Source: Cyanophyceae cyanobacterium (GTDB lineage Bacteria; Cyanobacteriota; Cyanobacteriia; Cyanobacteriales; Laspinemataceae). From it: 64,000 nt of DNA. The notes beneath the pieces were generated by a model that saw only the letters and a program-made list of their open reading frames with translations, made no database searches and had not been told where the DNA came from. Shown piece by piece: positions 60,392-64,000 of the stretch (positions are counted from its first letter, which is position 1; each line of letters opens with the position of its first letter). A program made the position numbers and the translations under genes. The stretch lies in assembly GCA_038321985.1 (NCBI GenBank), contig JBBQFN010000008.1, positions 1 through 64,000 on the forward strand. The letters run 5' to 3'.

Positions 60392-63052
60392 GTGTCAGTT
60401 GCTGTAGAGAAACTCCTCACCCCAGAAATTTTACAACCCGCTCGTTATCTGGGTAATGAGTTGGGGGCGGTGCATAAACCTTGGGAGAGTGCCGCTGTAC
60501 GTTGGGTGCTCACTTATCCAGAAGTTTATGAGGTAGGAGCCTCAAATTTAGGGCATTTAATTCTATACAACATTTTGAATGCCCAACCGAGACAGCTTTG
60601 CGATCGCGCGTATTTACCAGGTGCTGACCTGGTTTTGAAACTGCGAGATACTCAGACTCCCTTATTTTCCGTGGAGTCGAAGCGATCGCTTCAGGAATTT
60701 GACATCCTCGGGTTCAGCCTTAGTTACGAACTTGGGGCGACGAATATCTTAGAAATGTTGGACTTAGGAGGCATTCCCCTAACTGCCCAAGAGCGCTCTA
60801 GTCCAGGTCCCTGGAACGTGGAAGCCGGAAGCTGGCCCCTGATTTTTGCCGGGGGTCAAACGGCCACCTCTAACCCCGAACCCTACGCCGAATTCTTCGA
60901 TTTTGTTGCCCTCGGAGATGGGGAAGAACTGCTTCCGGAAATTAGTTTAGTTTTACAAGAAGGTAAAGCTGCTGGGTTAACTCGGGAAGAATTGCTGTTT
61001 GATTTAGCTCAAGTTCCGGGGGTTTACGTTCCCCAGTTTTACGATATGGCGGAGGATGGATCCGTGCATCCCAACCGTCCGGGAGTGCCGAAGCGGGTAT
61101 TGCGACGGGTGGCAACCCCGATTCCTGCCTACTCCATCGGCTTAGTTCCTTACGTGGAAACGGTGCACGATCGCCTGACGATGGAAATTCGTCGCGGATG
61201 TACTCGCGGCTGTCGCTTCTGTCAACCGGGAATGCTTACCCGTCCCGCCCGAGATGTGGATCCAGAGCAAGTGATAGAGGCGATCGAAGCGGGAATGCGT
61301 GCCACCGGCTATGACGAATTTTCGCTTTTGTCCCTGAGTTGTTCCGACTACCTGGCATTGCCGGCGGTAGGCATGGAAATCAAAAACCGACTTAAGGACC
61401 AAAATATTTCCCTCTCTCTGCCGTCTCAGCGGGTCGATCGCTTTGATGAAAATATTGCGAATATCCTGGGTGGCAGCCGTACCAGTGGGCTGACTTTCGC
61501 GCCTGAAGCGGGAACCCAGCGAATGCGGGATATCATTAACAAAGGATTGACAAATGATGAATTGTGGCGGGGCATTAAAACCGCTTACGAACAGGGCTGG
61601 AATAAAGTCAAACTTTATTTTATGATCGGCTTACCTGGAGAAACCGACGCGGATGTTCTCGGAATTGCCGAAACGGTCCATTGGCTCCAGCAGGAGTGTC
61701 GTGCTTTAGGACAAAAGCGGTTAGAAGTCACGTTGACGATTTCTAACTTTACGCCGAAACCTCACACCCCGTTTCAGTGGCATTCCGTCTCTACGGCTGA
61801 ATTTTTACACAAGCAGAACCTACTGCGCCAGGAATTTCGCCGAATGCGAGGGGTGAAGGCCAATTTTACGGATGTACGAATCTCAGCGATGGAAGATTTT
61901 GTGGGCAGAGGCGATCGCCGTTTGGCCCCTGTAGTCCGTCGTGCCTGGGAACTCGGCGCTGGGATGGATTCGTGGTGGGAAAGTTTGGACCGAGCTTTTG
62001 GAGCCTGGACCCAGGCGATCGCGGAATCCGATTTAAGCTGGAAATACCGGCAAGTCGAAAATGGCGAATGGAACGTCATGGACGGCACGAACACGGACCC
62101 TTCGGCTTCGCTTAGGACAGGCTTAGAAGCTCGTCTCGATGCCCCTCTGCCCTGGGATGTTTTAGATACCGGAATTGATAAAAACTGGTTGAAAGAAGAT
62201 CTCAAGCTGGCACTGGCAGCAGCAACGGTTCCAGACTGTTCTTTTGACAGTTGCTCCCATTGCGGGGTTTGTGGGGTTGACTTTGGTCACAATGTTGTAG
62301 TGGCTCCCCTACCGATTCCTAAATTTGCCGGTCACTTTTCTCCTAATACCGATCGCGTTCAACGATTGCGCGTCTGGATGGGTAAACTGGGTGACATGGC
62401 ACTGGTGAGCCATCTCGATTGGCTCCGATTATTTGATCGCGCTGTGCGACGAGCAGATTTACCAGTCTCTTTCACCGGGGGATATCATCCGGGACCGCGA
62501 ATTTCACCGGCGAACGCCCTCACCCTGGGTTACACCTCGGAAAGCGAAATCGTAGATTTTGAACTGACTGAACTGATGGAGCCTAGAGAGTTTCAGGACA
62601 GGTTAAGCGCTCAACTTCCGGCAGATATGCCGATTTATCGGGTTGAGGAGGTCTCGCTAAAGGATCCTTCCGCAAGTCAACAACTAGACCGGGCCGAGTA
62701 TGTACTCAGACTAGGTTTAACCCCATCGGCAGAGCATGAAGCACCTCCGCAACCGGAAGACTGGCAACAGTGGATCGAGCAGATCCTCGTCTGTGAGGAA
62801 ATTGAATGGGAACATAAGAACAAAAAAGGGAAAGTCAAATCGGTAAATCTACGCGATCGCCTCTTTGAATTGGCACAAATCGAGGTGTCAACGGATGCCT
62901 CCACTTGCACCGTTCGCGTTCTCGGCAGTTGCCGTCACGATGGCACTCTGTTACGTCCCACTCATCTGCTTTATATGTTTGAAAACCAGGCAAAACGCGA
63001 GTTTGAGTTGTTGCACGCTCACCGAAAACAGTTGATTTTAGGTGAAATCTAA
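60392..63052 (+). CDS. B12-binding-like radical SAM protein fused to a radical-SAM-associated domain (TIGR03960/TIGR03936-type)
   Basis: PARYLGNE, RGCTRGCRFC (CX3CX2C), TFAPEAG, KLYFMIGLP. C-terminal SHLD..R...RA.RR..LP..F.GG.HP.PRI. Confidence 0.9.
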   Translation: MSVAVEKLLTPEILQPARYLGNELGAVHKPWESAAVRWVLTYPEVYEVGASNLGHLILYNILNAQPRQLCDRAYLPGADLVLKLRDTQTPLFSVESKRSLQEFDILGFSLSYELGATNILEMLDLGGIPLTAQERSSPGPWNVEAGSWPLIFAGGQTATSNPEPYAEFFDFVALGDGEELLPEISLVLQEGKAAGLTREELLFDLAQVPGVYVPQFYDMAEDGSVHPNRPGVPKRVLRRVATPIPAYSIGLVPYVETVHDRLTMEIRRGCTRGCRFCQPGMLTRPARDVDPEQVIEAIEAGMRATGYDEFSLLSLSCSDYLALPAVGMEIKNRLKDQNISLSLPSQRVDRFDENIANILGGSRTSGLTFAPEAGTQRMRDIINKGLTNDELWRGIKTAYEQGWNKVKLYFMIGLPGETDADVLGIAETVHWLQQECRALGQKRLEVTLTISNFTPKPHTPFQWHSVSTAEFLHKQNLLRQEFRRMRGVKANFTDVRISAMEDFVGRGDRRLAPVVRRAWELGAGMDSWWESLDRAFGAWTQAIAESDLSWKYRQVENGEWNVMDGTNTDPSASLRTGLEARLDAPLPWDVLDTGIDKNWLKEDLKLALAAATVPDCSFDSCSHCGVCGVDFGHNVVVAPLPIPKFAGHFSPNTDRVQRLRVWMGKLGDMALVSHLDWLRLFDRAVRRADLPVSFTGGYHPGPRISPANALTLGYTSESEIVDFELTELMEPREFQDRLSAQLPADMPIYRVEEVSLKDPSASQQLDRAEYVLRLGLTPSAEHEAPPQPEDWQQWIEQILVCEEIEWEHKNKKGKVKSVNLRDRLFELAQIEVSTDASTCTVRVLGSCRHDGTLLRPTHLLYMFENQAKREFELLHAHRKQLILGEI
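62099..62122 (+). repeat. 24-nt small dispersed repeat-like insert, in frame in the radical SAM gene
   Basis: CCTTCGGCTTCGCTTAGGACAGGC (PSASLRTG) resembles cyanobacterial CTTCG.CT.CGCTCAG.ACA.G repeats as recalled. Confidence 0.55.
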
Positions 63053-63078
63053 AATCTATTTACCCCGTTGCTAGATTC

Positions 63079-63930
63079 TGCTAAAATGTAAGCCGATGGC
63101 CCAACCCATCCCTACCCGAGACCAACCGAACTCGGTCTGTGAGAAAGTTTCCGGTTTCCTGCCGTAAACTCATCCCAATTGAGCTAACGGAGGGTAGAAA
63201 GTCGAGGGGCTTTTTGAAAGGGCCATCGCCATAGAGAGCATTCAATCAAGACAAACAGCCAAGGGACCTTTGAAACGGGTCAAGTTTCGAGAAAGCAACA
63301 GAGACAGAGCCGGTCGCTGTTCTCGTGTGGGACCCATCGGTTGTGATAGCCCCTTTGTGGCTAAGTGCGAAGCCATAAAGGGTAAATTTGTCAAGATTAA
63401 TTTCTGACTTTGTGTTCTCTATACAGTCACCACAGGATCTAAAGGGGCAATGACCTTGATGGTTGTGGCTGAACACAACGTAGAGGTGCGAACCTTTAGC
63501 AGTTTTACGACCCTAGCCGCAGATATGCCAAGCACGAGATGCTGGCAATCATTACCTGCCGCCAAAACTTTCAGAATTTAGATGTATTCTTTGCCAATTC
63601 GACCAGAGGGATTGGATACCTACTTTTTCGCAAGTGGGAATCCAAGTATTCTCCGAAGGTAGTCGGGATACCCTTTTCATCGTAGCTATTGATTTGATCG
63701 CGACTGTTGCGTGCCTCTGAGCGATAGCTCTAGCTTCTCCCCAACGGGAGATATCAAAGATTAATTTTCCGCCCTAGAAAATCAAGTTTCGTTTTTTCTA
63801 TAGCTACACATTTCAGCGGTCATCGGTCGTACTGGGCTTTTGATGCCACGAGCGAACCCAGAAAAAGTAGAGACTCGACATTTCAAGTCTCTGTTGGTGA
63901 TAGCTCATAGCCAAGTTTTGAGGAAATTGA
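63079..63930 (+). promoter_or_regulatory. Putative extended -10 promoter and about 840-nt structured 5' UTR of rne
   Basis: TGcTAAAAT at 63079-63087. CGATGGCCC (63094) pairs with GGGCCATCG (63220). U-rich tract at 63786-63799. Confidence 0.55.
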
Positions 63931-64000
63931 ATGCCGAAGCAAATTATTATCGCAGAGCAGTATAGAATTGCTGCTGTTTTTTCTGAAGATCAGATTCAGG
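63931..64000 (+). CDS. rne: Ribonuclease E (5' end only; truncated by the window)
   Basis: MPKQIIIAEQYRIAAVFSEDQIQ after RBS GAGGA matches the cyanobacterial RNase E N-terminus. Confidence 0.9.
   Translation, partial: MPKQIIIAEQYRIAAVFSEDQIQ

Larger units (their letters stand above)
1..64000. repeat. HIP1 octamer GCGATCGC dispersed through the window
   Basis: Many dozens of copies in coding and non-coding DNA, e.g. 4158, 12395, and an overlapping doublet at 43029. Confidence 0.97.

Overview
64 kb of chromosome from a filamentous, probably non-heterocystous cyanobacterium (Oscillatoria/Laspinema-like). The lineage is inferred from very frequent HIP1 octamers (GCGATCGC) and gene content. Most of the window is housekeeping: hisA, sppA, fni, pyrR, cbiB, cyAbrB2, clc, ribF, secA, pyrD, sds, murI, amiC, dapL, a radical SAM fusion and the start of rne. 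Accessory pieces are: (i) a giant DUF4347/FG-GAP/Ig adhesin-like gene broken by a 1-nt frameshift at 874; (ii) a NERD + PD-(D/E)XK double-nuclease fusion; (iii) a SynDLP-type dynamin-KGK-HNH three-gene module preceded by a GH25 muramidase with an unassigned 4x repeat; (iv) an island after pyrD with an NLR-like NB-ARC/TPR gene carrying six 120-bp repeats, two divergent Uma2 nucleases, and two perfect 34-36 bp palindromes flanking an orphan gene; (v) a hetZ-patU cluster next to amiC-murI-sds. Also found: a 39-aa membrane microprotein missing from the ORF track, a MITE-like element, REP/STRR-like repeats, a 24-nt repeat inserted in frame in a gene, and a long structured rne 5' UTR. No rRNA, tRNA, CRISPR array or transposase was seen. 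All family calls come from motif recognition by eye, not database searches.
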